NCBI GenBank assembly: GCA_002238905.1
Contig: MPNG01000001.1
Span: 12,599 to 76,598 of the forward strand
Source: Alphaproteobacteria bacterium bin98
Lineage (GTDB): Bacteria; Pseudomonadota; Alphaproteobacteria; Bin98
Reading direction: 5' to 3'
DNA length: 64,000 nucleotides
This document shows, piece by piece, positions 17,414 to 26,657 of this stretch. Position numbers and translations under genes: made by a program. Under the pieces are notes generated by a model, which was not told where the DNA came from, did no database searches, and was given only the letters and a program-made list of their open reading frames with translations. The first letter of the stretch is position 1. Every line of letters begins with the position of its first letter.

Positions 17414-17900
17414 ATGTAACTATTTTTCACTTGTTTACATGCTGATGGCGCTTCTGCTCTAATGGCCGGTGAACAACTTAGTGAAACGGCACGTTGGCAA
17501 CAAACTCAGAAAAGATTGAAACCGTATCGTAATGGCGTTCTGGCGACACTCAGACGCTATCCATATATTTTACCACCCTAGAGTTAGTAGAATTTGATTT
17601 TAAAGACGACTATCAAAATGTATCCCTGGCAACCGCCTATATCTCAGGAATAAAAGCGATTTTTGTAATAAAGATGCCTCCGCAGTAAGCGATGTACAAG
17701 CTATACTGGCTTCACTGTCATCTTTGTTGGCTAACAGGTATCCCAACTTAAAAGATATTTAAGAGAATCCTCAAGATCCAAATTGTCATCTTGATCTCCC
17801 CTCACTGAAGCTTTAAAATGAGGCAACTAGCCCATACCTTCGCCTTTCATTGCCATTTGACCCCCCCTTATCAAAAACCCCTTGTGTGATAATACATGAA
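17414..17900 (+). pseudogene. decayed subfamily E gene (paralog of 6859..7407)
   Basis: Aligns by eye to 6859..7407 (tatttttcacttgtttaca, gttggcaaca.a.tcag, ccaaatt.t.atcttgat). ATG 17414 is followed directly by TAA, and no ORF of 60 aa or more exists here. Confidence 0.7.
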
Positions 17901-18277
17901 GCAAAGATTTAAGTGGATCGAAAAAATCCTCTATACAGCGATAGAAAAATCTTCAATTCGATCTAGGTTGCCAATTCAGATCCTTGATTTGCGTTTCAAG
18001 CATATAAATGAAGGCAGATTAAGCATAAAAGAGTAGTGAGAGCATAGTATCTTTAAGAATTTATGATTCCAGAAGCGTAAATTCTGGAATCATGCACTTG
18101 TACTCATATTTTTGGAAGTTATAGTTGGAAAAGAAATCAAAAATTTATTGCTCCCTACACAAAAAAGATTCGAGAGACTATTTGTCTTTGAAGAGCTTTG
18201 CAAAGCAAACAAAAGAGTGCTCAAGACAGCGTCAAGTTTTATACTCTCACAATCTCGCAGAATTACAGGGCTCAGGA

Positions 18278-18841
18278 TTATTGATTGACAACAACTAATG
18301 TAGCGTAGAACTTATCATATCTTGTATTAAACTTATCTTGGAGTCCATTACAGAGAGCTTCTAGACTTAAGAAGAGTTGTCTCAACGTCTCTTGGTATCT
18401 CTGTACTTCTCGATGATCTAAAGAACAGGGACTTAATCTTTTAGAAAATGTAGACAATTCTTGCCTATTCTCTTTGAGTACTGGAGGATTTTTTTTCAAC
18501 AAGGTATGCATCTTTGCTTCCGCCACAACACTCAGGACATTACATCCATAATCAATGAGATCAGACAATGAGAGGGGATGCTCCGTTTGTATCAAGAAAG
18601 TGTCAATCGCAGTTAAGATCTTGTGTTTGTACGGAAAAATGGCTTCTTGCGCTACCTTCCAATGTTGTGATTTTGCAACAATCCCACCTTTTTTGCTATG
18701 TTCTAGAAAATGAGATTCCCATATTTCGACAGCTGCCTTCACCAGCTGTGCACCCTCTTCTTCCATGCCAGGCACTGATTTTAAGCTTGAGGTAGTTCCG
18801 TAAGCACATGAAAAAATCAAAAATAATAATATCAAATTCAT
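18278..18841 (-). CDS. leader + family C-motif secreted protein (subfamily H)
   Basis: Leader MNLILLFLIFSCAYGTTSS (ATG 18841 after TTG 18844). Motifs HWKVAQEAIFPYKHKILTAIDTF, LRQLFLSLEALCNGLQ. Confidence 0.8.
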   Translation of the reverse strand: MNLILLFLIFSCAYGTTSSLKSVPGMEEEGAQLVKAAVEIWESHFLEHSKKGGIVAKSQHWKVAQEAIFPYKHKILTAIDTFLIQTEHPLSLSDLIDYGCNVLSVVAEAKMHTLLKKNPPVLKENRQELSTFSKRLSPCSLDHREVQRYQETLRQLFLSLEALCNGLQDKFNTRYDKFYATLVVVNQ

Positions 18842-19191
18842 CAATATCTCCTTATCTACAATTTTACCTTATATCATCTCACAATTTAACTATGATTCGC
18901 ACTGTTATTGGGCAGAATTCTCATAGCCTGAGATCAGAATAAGTGGCCAAATTGCGTTACTCTCAGAAAAGTATATGAAACAGAGAAAAAAGCGGAGGAA
19001 GAAAAAAATAAGCCAATCCGAATGATGCATCCGTAATCAGGTTAGGCGTAGTGAATATAGCGTTCAAATCTTTAGACTTTATCGTCAAAATTTTTCACCA
19101 TCCTCTGAGCTCAGATAGAAATGGTCAGTTTTACTCACTGAAACCTACTGTCATCATCCCATTTATCACAATATCATCATATGGCTTATAA

Positions 19192-19704
19192 TCATTGCTT
19201 ATAAGCCAAAAAAATATCATGAACAGATGGTGATATGTGAGCATACCAGTCTTTATATACTCTGTAAGCGAGATCCTGGTTGTTTTCACAGAAAGCTTTG
19301 CAAGCGTATAAGAGATTATTGTGTAGGATCAAACGATGGAGGCTTGACAATTGGACCCAAACTTCAATGCGGTGGGAAAAAACCTGACGATTGCGCAGAT
19401 CTCCACGTATTGCTGCATTGAGAGCTTTAGCGAGGATAGGTACATCAAGTGTAAATTGTGGACATTGAGGATCCTCTTCACTTTCATTAATTATTGCTAT
19501 TGCACTTGATCGGCCATGGATGATATCAGCAAGATCAAGAAACAGATTTTCTGTTCTGATTAAATCGCAAACGGTATATGAAGGTTTGTTCAATATGGGC
19601 TTGAGCAGCTCTTGTTTCAGGATTTCTTCAGTATATCCAGCGGAGGGGCTTAGCAAAGCTCCATAAAATGGTGAACTCACAAATAACAGTAAAATTAATA
19701 TCAT
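19192..19704 (-). CDS. leader + LLSS-FC family secreted protein (subfamily E)
   Basis: The track ORF runs to 19725. Leader MILILLLFVSSPFYGALLS starts at ATG 19704. Motifs FTLDVPILAKALNAAI, LLYACKAFCENNQDLAYRVYKDWY. Confidence 0.8.
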   Translation of the reverse strand: MILILLLFVSSPFYGALLSPSAGYTEEILKQELLKPILNKPSYTVCDLIRTENLFLDLADIIHGRSSAIAIINESEEDPQCPQFTLDVPILAKALNAAIRGDLRNRQVFSHRIEVWVQLSSLHRLILHNNLLYACKAFCENNQDLAYRVYKDWYAHISPSVHDIFLAYKQ

Positions 19705-19803
19705 AAATCTATCCTTATTTACCATTGTCGCAAAAATGGTGAACTCACAAATAACAGTAAAATTAATATCATAAATCTATCCTTATTTACCATTGTCGCA
19801 AAA
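19666..19803. repeat. perfect 69-bp tandem duplication spanning the start codon, leader and 5' flank of CDS 19192..19704
   Basis: The unit aaatggtgaactcacaaataacagtaaaattaatatcataaatctatccttatttaccattgtcgcaa occurs twice back to back. Confidence 0.85.
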
Positions 19804-20015
19804 GTAAAAAATAGTTGCAAGAATCAAGTGGTTGCAGCATTGCGATTCTATTGACCTCGCAGCACACTTTGAATTGACTCTCAAACTAAGGATATACTGA
19901 AACACTTCTTAGAAATGCAAAGATATTAATCAGTGGTTGAGCGCATTTATGTATTTTGCTAAAAGTTAAGATATGCCAGAAACTGCATAAATAAATTTAT
20001 CTCACCTTCATTCAT

Positions 20016-20420
20016 ATGTTTGTTATTGTTAAGTGTGTGAATAGTGATAGAATACCATTAACGGAGGATTTCAATGTGCAAAATTACTATCTTTTTTTAC
20101 CCTTTGTAATAAAAAATTTATACTGCGCAAGTACTGAGCACTGTCTAAATATTGATGAAAGAGAGCAAGAAAGAATAGCCCATATTCAAAGTCCACCAAA
20201 GATAGATATAACGCAATCACTGGTGCTGAAATTAGAAAACGGCACTCATTCAACTTATATGGCCATAGAAGTCATTGATAGCGCAGAAGAGCAAGTAGAA
20301 CAAAGCTCTCTCAAGAAATTTTTGAAGTGCAAGATTGATAAAAAACATGTGATTTTGACTACCTTTCTGGTGAATATGGCACTTACTTTAGGTATTGTGA
20401 TCTCAGTATGGTATTCATAG
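20016..20420 (+). CDS. hypothetical tail-anchored membrane protein (non-family)
   Basis: 134-aa ORF with no family motifs. C-terminal hydrophobic helix ILTTFLVNMALTLGIVISVWYS. The start is uncertain. Confidence 0.4.
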   Translation: MFVIVKCVNSDRIPLTEDFNVQNYYLFLPFVIKNLYCASTEHCLNIDEREQERIAHIQSPPKIDITQSLVLKLENGTHSTYMAIEVIDSAEEQVEQSSLKKFLKCKIDKKHVILTTFLVNMALTLGIVISVWYS

Positions 20421-20427
20421 GGCCTTG

Positions 20428-20802
20428 ATGATTTACATAATAATAGCTTGTATGATGATTCATGCATCTGGATATGCGGCACACGACCCTTCAGAGCGAG
20501 ACCCTCTTCTGACACTCCCACTTTCAAACAATGGAGCTTATAGCGCAAAAGAAAATATAGATGTGGTAGTTAATTTGAGGGGCCCTGCAGTGTTGTGTGT
20601 GAACGAACAATCCCCACAGATCCTGTTCGTGCGTATAAAACGCCCAAATAATCCTCCATCAAATAAAAAACTGATATATGCATGTCTTATTACACAACAA
20701 CTGCTGTTTGTCCTCTTTAGTGGGTTGTGGATATTCCAATTGAGCAAATCTTGGAATCACTCCTCTTCTGTGAATACGACTAATACGACCACACTATGTT
20801 AA
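20428..20802 (+). CDS. hypothetical small membrane protein (non-family)
   Basis: TTG 20425 / ATG 20428 lies 5-8 nt after the upstream stop. N-terminal hydrophobic segment MIYIIIACMMIHASGYAA. Second helix LLFVLFSGLWIF. Confidence 0.5.
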   Translation: MIYIIIACMMIHASGYAAHDPSERDPLLTLPLSNNGAYSAKENIDVVVNLRGPAVLCVNEQSPQILFVRIKRPNNPPSNKKLIYACLITQQLLFVLFSGLWIFQLSKSWNHSSSVNTTNTTTLC

Positions 20803-21077
20803 AGTTTTTGCGTTTATTTATATTGCTAATTTCAAGTATATTTGCTTCTGTTTCAGATCTCGAAAACCAAATTAACACTCATCAACTACCGCAAATTGTG
20901 GTGAAAGATCAGCATTATCTAATCAGTATGAATGAAACTGAAGTGCACAAAAAGCCTTCATGCGGCACGATTTTATATAGGGGTGTAGCTTATCTTTCGT
21001 GTCTCTCTGCCATCTCTTTTTTAGCAGCGCAAATTCTATATGCAGCTTCTGCATTTTATACCCCCTACGCCAAATGA
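20796..21077 (+). CDS. hypothetical small membrane protein (non-family)
   Basis: The ATG overlaps the upstream stop (ATGTTAA). Signal-like MLKFLRLFILLISSIFASVS. C-terminal helix YLSCLSAISFLAAQILYAASAF. Confidence 0.5.
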   Translation: MLKFLRLFILLISSIFASVSDLENQINTHQLPQIVVKDQHYLISMNETEVHKKPSCGTILYRGVAYLSCLSAISFLAAQILYAASAFYTPYAK

Positions 21078-21244
21078 TGCCTGATATGATTACCGCATTC
21101 AGCAATGTTGTGCTCTCAAATACTAATGAATAAGCCAAACCTTGCTAGGTTTGAATCTGATAATAAGTGCTGAATAACTTAATATGGTTTTTGCAAAAGG
21201 AATAAACACTTGTAGGTGTTTATTATCGTCAAAATTTTGCAGCA

Positions 21245-21754
21245 TCAAGTGGTCGCAGCATTGCGATCACTTTGACTAGATTTGGATACAATATAGTCTC
21301 GTATCATAGCGATTGCATTTGCAAACCGACTATATGACTGAGAAGTTTTAGATTCACATCCATCGCACAAATACTTTACAGATGCCAACAAGTCGCAGAG
21401 TGCTCTTTGAAAACTACTCTTCACCCATTGATCACGGTCAGGAATATTTATAAAACGTTCATACAATGAAGATAATTTTAGCTGATTCACCCAAGTGTTT
21501 TGGATGCTGTCTGTCGCACCCTCTTTACTGCTTGCATGCTTGAAAATTGCGAATATTGGGGCTGTCTCGGCCATTAAGTCAGAGTACTCTAAGTCAGTAT
21601 ACTGAGCGCCTAGGCTAGTTGCCTTCACCTCGATCATGACAAACGTATCCAAAATATCTTGCATATATGGTTGCATCTGACAATTAGATTCATTGAAATC
21701 TGAGTCTGAGGCAGAATAAGCGTGAAAACAAACAAAAAACAACAGCAACAACAT
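21245..21754 (-). CDS. leader + family C-motif secreted protein
   Basis: Leader MLLLLFFVCFHAYSASDSD. C motif LCDLLASVKYLCDGCESKTSQSY. Confidence 0.75.
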   Translation of the reverse strand: MLLLLFFVCFHAYSASDSDFNESNCQMQPYMQDILDTFVMIEVKATSLGAQYTDLEYSDLMAETAPIFAIFKHASSKEGATDSIQNTWVNQLKLSSLYERFINIPDRDQWVKSSFQRALCDLLASVKYLCDGCESKTSQSYSRFANAIAMIRDYIVSKSSQSDRNAATT

Positions 21755-21989
21755 GCACCATTATTATATCACACTACATTCTCCATACCAAACAACTCTT
21801 CATATCGTTAACATATCTAGCAATATTGTGTACTAACGTACTCACAAAGGTGGATCATTGTCTTTCTATATTTAGTTATAAAGACAATACGCAAACTATA
21901 AAAAATTATCTCCAAGGAATAGTATAAATCATCACTTTCGGCATCGATCCAATCAAGCATATAAGTGCCAAACATTTTTGTAGCGTACA

Positions 21990-22366
21990 ATGACCCGCTG
22001 TAGCTGCAATAGAAGGTGCCAAAGGATGCTAATAATGGCAGGCATGCAGCATTGTATTATTTCTCTAATGGCCACTCTTCGTGTTTCGAATCCAGAAATT
22101 CGAATCCAGAAAAAAGATAAAAGTAGCACTCTAGATCAATTTGGGAAGATTCTATTTGTGGGAAAGTGCGTAGATTCAGTTGGGGAAAAATCCATATTTT
22201 CGAAATCTGTGCAATTAATTGCCCTGATCGTAGGGTAACGTGAAACTATCTTTGTAGCAGTAAGGGCCAATATCTGCTCAGAAGTAAGTTCATGATGTTT
22301 GAGCAATTTTTTTGCAAGAGCATCCGTGAATTGTGCTGTCAAATCACGCCATCGTTGAAATTCCAA
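21990..22366 (-). pseudogene. decayed subfamily B gene (no leader, broken frame)
   Basis: Track ORF 22136..22366 reads ..LLKHHELTSEQILALTATKIVSRYP... Downstream of it the frame is broken, but ..YNAACLPLLASFGTF is still readable. Confidence 0.6.
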
Positions 22367-22495
22367 ATCCCAATAATTAGTTCACTCGTCTATTTGTATC
22401 ACTTTTTTTAAATCAAAAAATATAATGATATAGAGTCATCAACGCTTTAGCCTAGTCTGGACGTTTGCACTGCAGGGCACATCTAATACGCCTCG

Positions 22496-23092
22496 CTAGA
22501 AATCTCTCTGCTGCCTCGCTAGAGATTCCTTTTCTTCATCGAGCAAGATCGCTCTGATTTCATCAAGATCCTTCTGAAGCGCACTCACTCTGGAGCCCTC
22601 AAAAACTTCACTATTCGCACAGAAATCTTCCAAAGCTGATAATACGTTACGGTATGCATTCTCGTATGCATACCGTATTTTGATTTTATATAGCGGCTCT
22701 CTCTCTTTATTCAAAGATAACAAGGATTGAGTCTCATTTAATTCATAAAAATAAAAAAATAAGATTTCTAAATCGCCACGCACCCATTTTTTATAGCGTA
22801 GAACATGTCGTTGATACCCAATTATCTGGGTAGAAGGCACGTGATAATGTTTCTCTAAGAGATCTTCAATATTATCGCTTATTTTGCCAACAAAGGTAGA
22901 TAATGCTTCATACTGCATACTTTGATAATTATGATTCCTGAGGATGGTGAGCAGATTTGTTTTGTGCGTCTCCAACAATTCTTGATCGTTTTCCCAACTT
23001 TTCAGAGCAAAAGGGGTTTTTGGGCAGTCCTCAACGCTATATCCTGCTCCACAAGCGTGCAAAAAGGTTAAAAATAATAATACTAATAACAT
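22496..23092 (-). CDS. leader + LLSS-FC family secreted protein (subfamily A)
   Basis: Leader MLLVLLFLTFLHACGAGYS (ATG 23092 after TTG 23095). Motifs KHYHVPSTQII, DLEILFFYFYELNE, YRNVLSALEDFCANSEVF. Confidence 0.85.
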   Translation of the reverse strand: MLLVLLFLTFLHACGAGYSVEDCPKTPFALKSWENDQELLETHKTNLLTILRNHNYQSMQYEALSTFVGKISDNIEDLLEKHYHVPSTQIIGYQRHVLRYKKWVRGDLEILFFYFYELNETQSLLSLNKEREPLYKIKIRYAYENAYRNVLSALEDFCANSEVFEGSRVSALQKDLDEIRAILLDEEKESLARQQRDF

Positions 23093-23209
23093 CAATATAT
23101 CCTCATACTTTTGTCATTATAACCTCTACTGTGTATTGAAGCCATAATTTAATGCGTATCGAGAGTAAGAAGAGAGTTCACAACTTTCAGAGCCTCCCCC
23201 CCCTCACCA

Positions 23210-23776
23210 TTAACCACGGTGGACTATCAAGTCATTATGATGCTGAGATTTCTGCCAGCCCAAAAATTCTTCCCTAGCGTTCACTTCGTGTTGTTGATAA
23301 AAATGGTAAAAAGATAAGAGGAGGTGTTGATACCCAGCAATTAATGCTGATTCGTATCGACAAAGATTTCCAACAGACTTGAAATAACCCGCATTCATTA
23401 CACAAAATGCCCAATAGAAGTTTTTTATATCAAGAGGACAGTACGAATTTTTTGTGATGTTTTTGATTGTCAGATCAATCTCATCCAGATTTTTTGATTC
23501 GAAATAATCAACTTTTTCGGCGCACTGAAAAAGACTGCCTCTTATTGATTGTGCACAAGTCAATAATGTTTGAAGATTGCCACTTCGAACAGAACCTAGA
23601 ATACAAAAATTATCAAAAATACTTCTATACGGGTCAAACACTCTTTGAGCTACTATCCACAGTGAAGGATCGGATTGATGGATGCTGGCAGTAACTGGTT
23701 GTACTGCTTCATAGCGATCATCCATAGCTCCATAAACTTGCAAACAGCTGAAACAAAATATAAATATCAAAAACAT
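23210..23776 (-). CDS. leader + family secreted protein (subfamily J)
   Basis: The track ORF runs to 23848. Leader MFLIFIFCFSCLQVYGAMDD starts at ATG 23776, preceded by AGGAGG. Motifs CPLDIKNFYWAFCVMN, YQHLLLSFYHFYQQHEVNAREEFLGWQ. Confidence 0.85.
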   Translation of the reverse strand: MFLIFIFCFSCLQVYGAMDDRYEAVQPVTASIHQSDPSLWIVAQRVFDPYRSIFDNFCILGSVRSGNLQTLLTCAQSIRGSLFQCAEKVDYFESKNLDEIDLTIKNITKNSYCPLDIKNFYWAFCVMNAGYFKSVGNLCRYESALIAGYQHLLLSFYHFYQQHEVNAREEFLGWQKSQHHNDLIVHRG

Positions 23777-23945
23777 CTCTATTCCTCCTATAAATAGCAA
23801 AGCCATTTTACACCATTTTGCGCCACCAGCAATATTTCTGAGCTGCAAAAGATATTTTTTTATGAATATACTCCTATTTTAGACTTAAATATGCCTTTTC
23901 GTTTAGTGAAATCAGGAAATTAAAAAACTCCAGGAGGCTCAGCGT

Positions 23946-24548
23946 CTATGAAAGCGATTGCGGCCAACAATCAAAATATTCGTTCAGAGCATCTTGCGCA
24001 TTTTTCTTACAGCAAGCATAAAAAGATCGTAGCAAATGGTATGCACCATCTCTGCTTGCCTGGCCTGTCTGGAGAACCTTAAAAGAGTGATAATAAGTTT
24101 CTAAACTAAGGTAAAACATATTTTTTTTAGCATATTTTATTATACATACTCTTCTTGCCAATATCTCTTCAGCAGTATAGTCAGGGTAACGATTTCTATA
24201 AGCTTTCTCCAGTATATCGGTTATTGGTTGCATGAATTCCCTTAGTTCATCAATACTCATATCTGGTAGTATAAGCTTATCATTACAATCCACAAAGATC
24301 TTAAAGTGTTGGAGGAACTCTGCTCTGTCGCTTTCAAATAAAATTTGCTCTTTTTCCCACTGTTCATCACTTATCGCTCCTATAGCACTTGGCGCTGTCA
24401 TACAAACCATACTCAAACACAAACACATCTCTTCTATCTTCTCATCAAGGTTGTTTGCGGCAGCCATCAAGCGTACGCAGGTGAAAAATAATAAAATGCA
24501 TATCACAAATAATACTCCGGATGGTGTTATTATATCATATTGAATCAA
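23946..24548 (-). CDS. leader + family secreted protein (subfamily F)
   Basis: Hydrophobic leader ..GVLFVICILLFFTCVRLMAAAN. Motifs NRYPDYTAEEIL, FYLSLETYYHSFKVLQ, YHLLRSFYACCKKNAQDALNEYFDCW. Confidence 0.8.
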   Translation of the reverse strand: MIQYDIITPSGVLFVICILLFFTCVRLMAAANNLDEKIEEMCLCLSMVCMTAPSAIGAISDEQWEKEQILFESDRAEFLQHFKIFVDCNDKLILPDMSIDELREFMQPITDILEKAYRNRYPDYTAEEILARRVCIIKYAKKNMFYLSLETYYHSFKVLQTGQASRDGAYHLLRSFYACCKKNAQDALNEYFDCWPQSLS

Positions 24549-24559
24549 AAATCAGTGGT

Positions 24560-25175
24560 GGGTTACCATTCCCACAAAGAGCGATATTCTTCATCAGCTT
24601 ACTATTTATTTCCTTCATATCAATATTCCAAAGATGAGAAAAGTTTCCGGCACACATTTATATATTTTGTTGCGTTCAAGGCTTGGGGTTTGCAATATAT
24701 AGTAGTCTGCATAAAACTTATAAAAAGCCCAAAAAAATATTGGAGCAGAAAGGAAAGAGTATGTGGTTTCTATGCGACAGTCTCCCGGCTCTTCTGAAGC
24801 ATATCAAGCTCAAGATCAGAGTATTGCGTTGTGTAGATTTCTGTAAGTATATTTCTTATTGTTTCTTCAAAATACCTGAATTTATCCAATCGAATCATTG
24901 CAAGATAATTTTTAGATTTTAGCGCATCTAAAATTTCTCTTTTCTTCGGTTGAATAACTGCTTGCTCTGCTTGCCACCGCTAATATGCTGGCGCAGTTAA
25001 TGCATATATCACAGCTGCTGCTTTACTGTTTATGTCTCTTTGATCTTCGATGAATGAGACTCCTTGTAAAAACAAGCCAACTCACCACCGCAATCATCAG
25101 GATATTTGCCTATATCAAATCAATTTAGCAGAACGCAATCAGCATGAAAACAAATTGCAAACAAATGCTATTATG
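24560..25175 (-). pseudogene. heavily decayed family gene
   Basis: Reading the minus strand gives family-like pieces: a degenerate leader ..IIAFVCNLFSC*, ..REILDALKSKNYLAMIRLDKFRYFEETIRNILTEIY.., and ..EYRSLWEW. Several stops break them up. The plus-strand track ORFs here look like noise. Confidence 0.4.
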
Positions 25176-25365
25176 CCAATCTCTATCTTAAATTAATATA
25201 CCATTATATACAGAAGGCTATTTGCACAAAAATATTTATTTCATTGAGAAGAAATTATTATTGACTCATACAAGATAGAGCGAATTGAACTCTTGCATAA
25301 AAGATAGCAAGATCATCACCAAGATGATGATCTTGGTGCCTGGCATACTGTTTCAATCTGCTTCA

Positions 25366-26136
25366 TTACCTTTGTTGTTTTTTTGCACCGACAAAGTGAC
25401 CGTTGTAATCTATGCTCTTGCCCAGTGAACCAAACTGTGCATTTTGCCATTCCAACCAATACTTTCTACAGTGCCATAGATCTCTTTGATGAAAATAGTA
25501 AAAAGATGATAAGAGTTTGGAATATATTGCCATGGACATTTCTTTCTTTGAGGTAGGCGTTTCAGTTTTTTGTGCATATAATTCAGGATATTTATCCGAT
25601 ATAACAAAAGCCCAATAAAAGTTTTCCATAGTAAGATAACAGTGTAGAGATTTGATAGTACCGAATCGATATTTCCACTCACTTTTACTTATTCTAGTAG
25701 TAATTCCCCCGCATTCTTTAAGCTTTGATTGCAGCGATTGTGTCTCACGATATGATTGATTAATATCATATTTTTCCCAAGGCATTCCAATACACCAACC
25801 ATCAAACTGACTTCTGTGCACATCAAAATCTGCTTGTGCGCAGTCCCAGGCCAGAACGCCATGTGGTGCACATATGAAAAAGAGCTGTTGCGCAAAAGCT
25901 GGGTGATAATATGCAAAAGCTGCTTGAGGCTCAGCATATGGAACAGTCTCCTTACGCAATTTTATGACCAGCTTGGTCTCGCCCTGCTTCATCTCTTTTG
26001 GCAGAACTATTCTATCCTGATTATACTCATCCTGAAAAAAGCGTTTTCTGGTGCTATCTTTTGCGCGTTCATTTGTAACGATATTGCTTTCAGCGCCTTG
26101 TGCGTGCAAACAAAGTAAAAATAATAGTAAGGTCAT
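25366..26136 (-). CDS. leader + family secreted protein (subfamily J)
   Basis: The track ORF runs to 26163. Leader MTLLLFLLCLHAQGAES starts at ATG 26136. Motifs CYLTMENFYWAFVISD, YSKLLSSFYYFHQRDLWHCRKYWLEWQ. Confidence 0.85.
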   Translation of the reverse strand: MTLLLFLLCLHAQGAESNIVTNERAKDSTRKRFFQDEYNQDRIVLPKEMKQGETKLVIKLRKETVPYAEPQAAFAYYHPAFAQQLFFICAPHGVLAWDCAQADFDVHRSQFDGWCIGMPWEKYDINQSYRETQSLQSKLKECGGITTRISKSEWKYRFGTIKSLHCYLTMENFYWAFVISDKYPELYAQKTETPTSKKEMSMAIYSKLLSSFYYFHQRDLWHCRKYWLEWQNAQFGSLGKSIDYNGHFVGAKKQQR

Positions 26137-26376
26137 CGATCCCTTGGTAAAAATAATATACAAAATTATACACTGTATTTTTTTAATATGATTTATTAAA
26201 AAGAAAAAATAGTAGTTTATTTTTTTTTGAGAAAAAAGCTGTCAATTCGATCAATCTTATTGGCATACATAACACTACATGTAATGTTGCTCAACAAAAA
26301 GAATATACCCACAAAGAATATACTCACGACACACAATACATAATACTATATACAATCGACAAAAAATATCAAAAGG

Positions 26377-26650
26377 CATGCCAAAAATTACTGTTAGCTT
26401 TAAAGGATTTGCGTGATGGAGATAAAGTTAAAGCTAAGTCACGGCATGATTATCTATGGAAAGAATTCGCTTGAATTTTTTGAAATAATAATATACTCTT
26501 CGATTTAATTTTATTTGCAAACATTGCACAATATTTTGATTTCTCGATGATTTTTCATACTTATAGCGTTGTCTTTGCATGCAATAAAAAAGTAGGGATT
26601 ATCCTCCTTTTTTACAATATAGTGCAGCACACTACGCTTCTTTTTCTTTT
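26377..26650. repeat. copy 1 of a ~270-bp repeated segment (see 30156..30425); its upper end carries a polybasic-CaaX coding remnant
   Basis: catgccaaaa.tta.tgttag...gattaaattttttgaaata.taataatata...cttcgatttaattttatt.tgcaaacatt aligns with 30156..30425. On the minus strand, 26650..26612 reads KRKRSVVCCTIL-stop. Confidence 0.75.
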
Positions 26651-26657
26651 TCATCAA

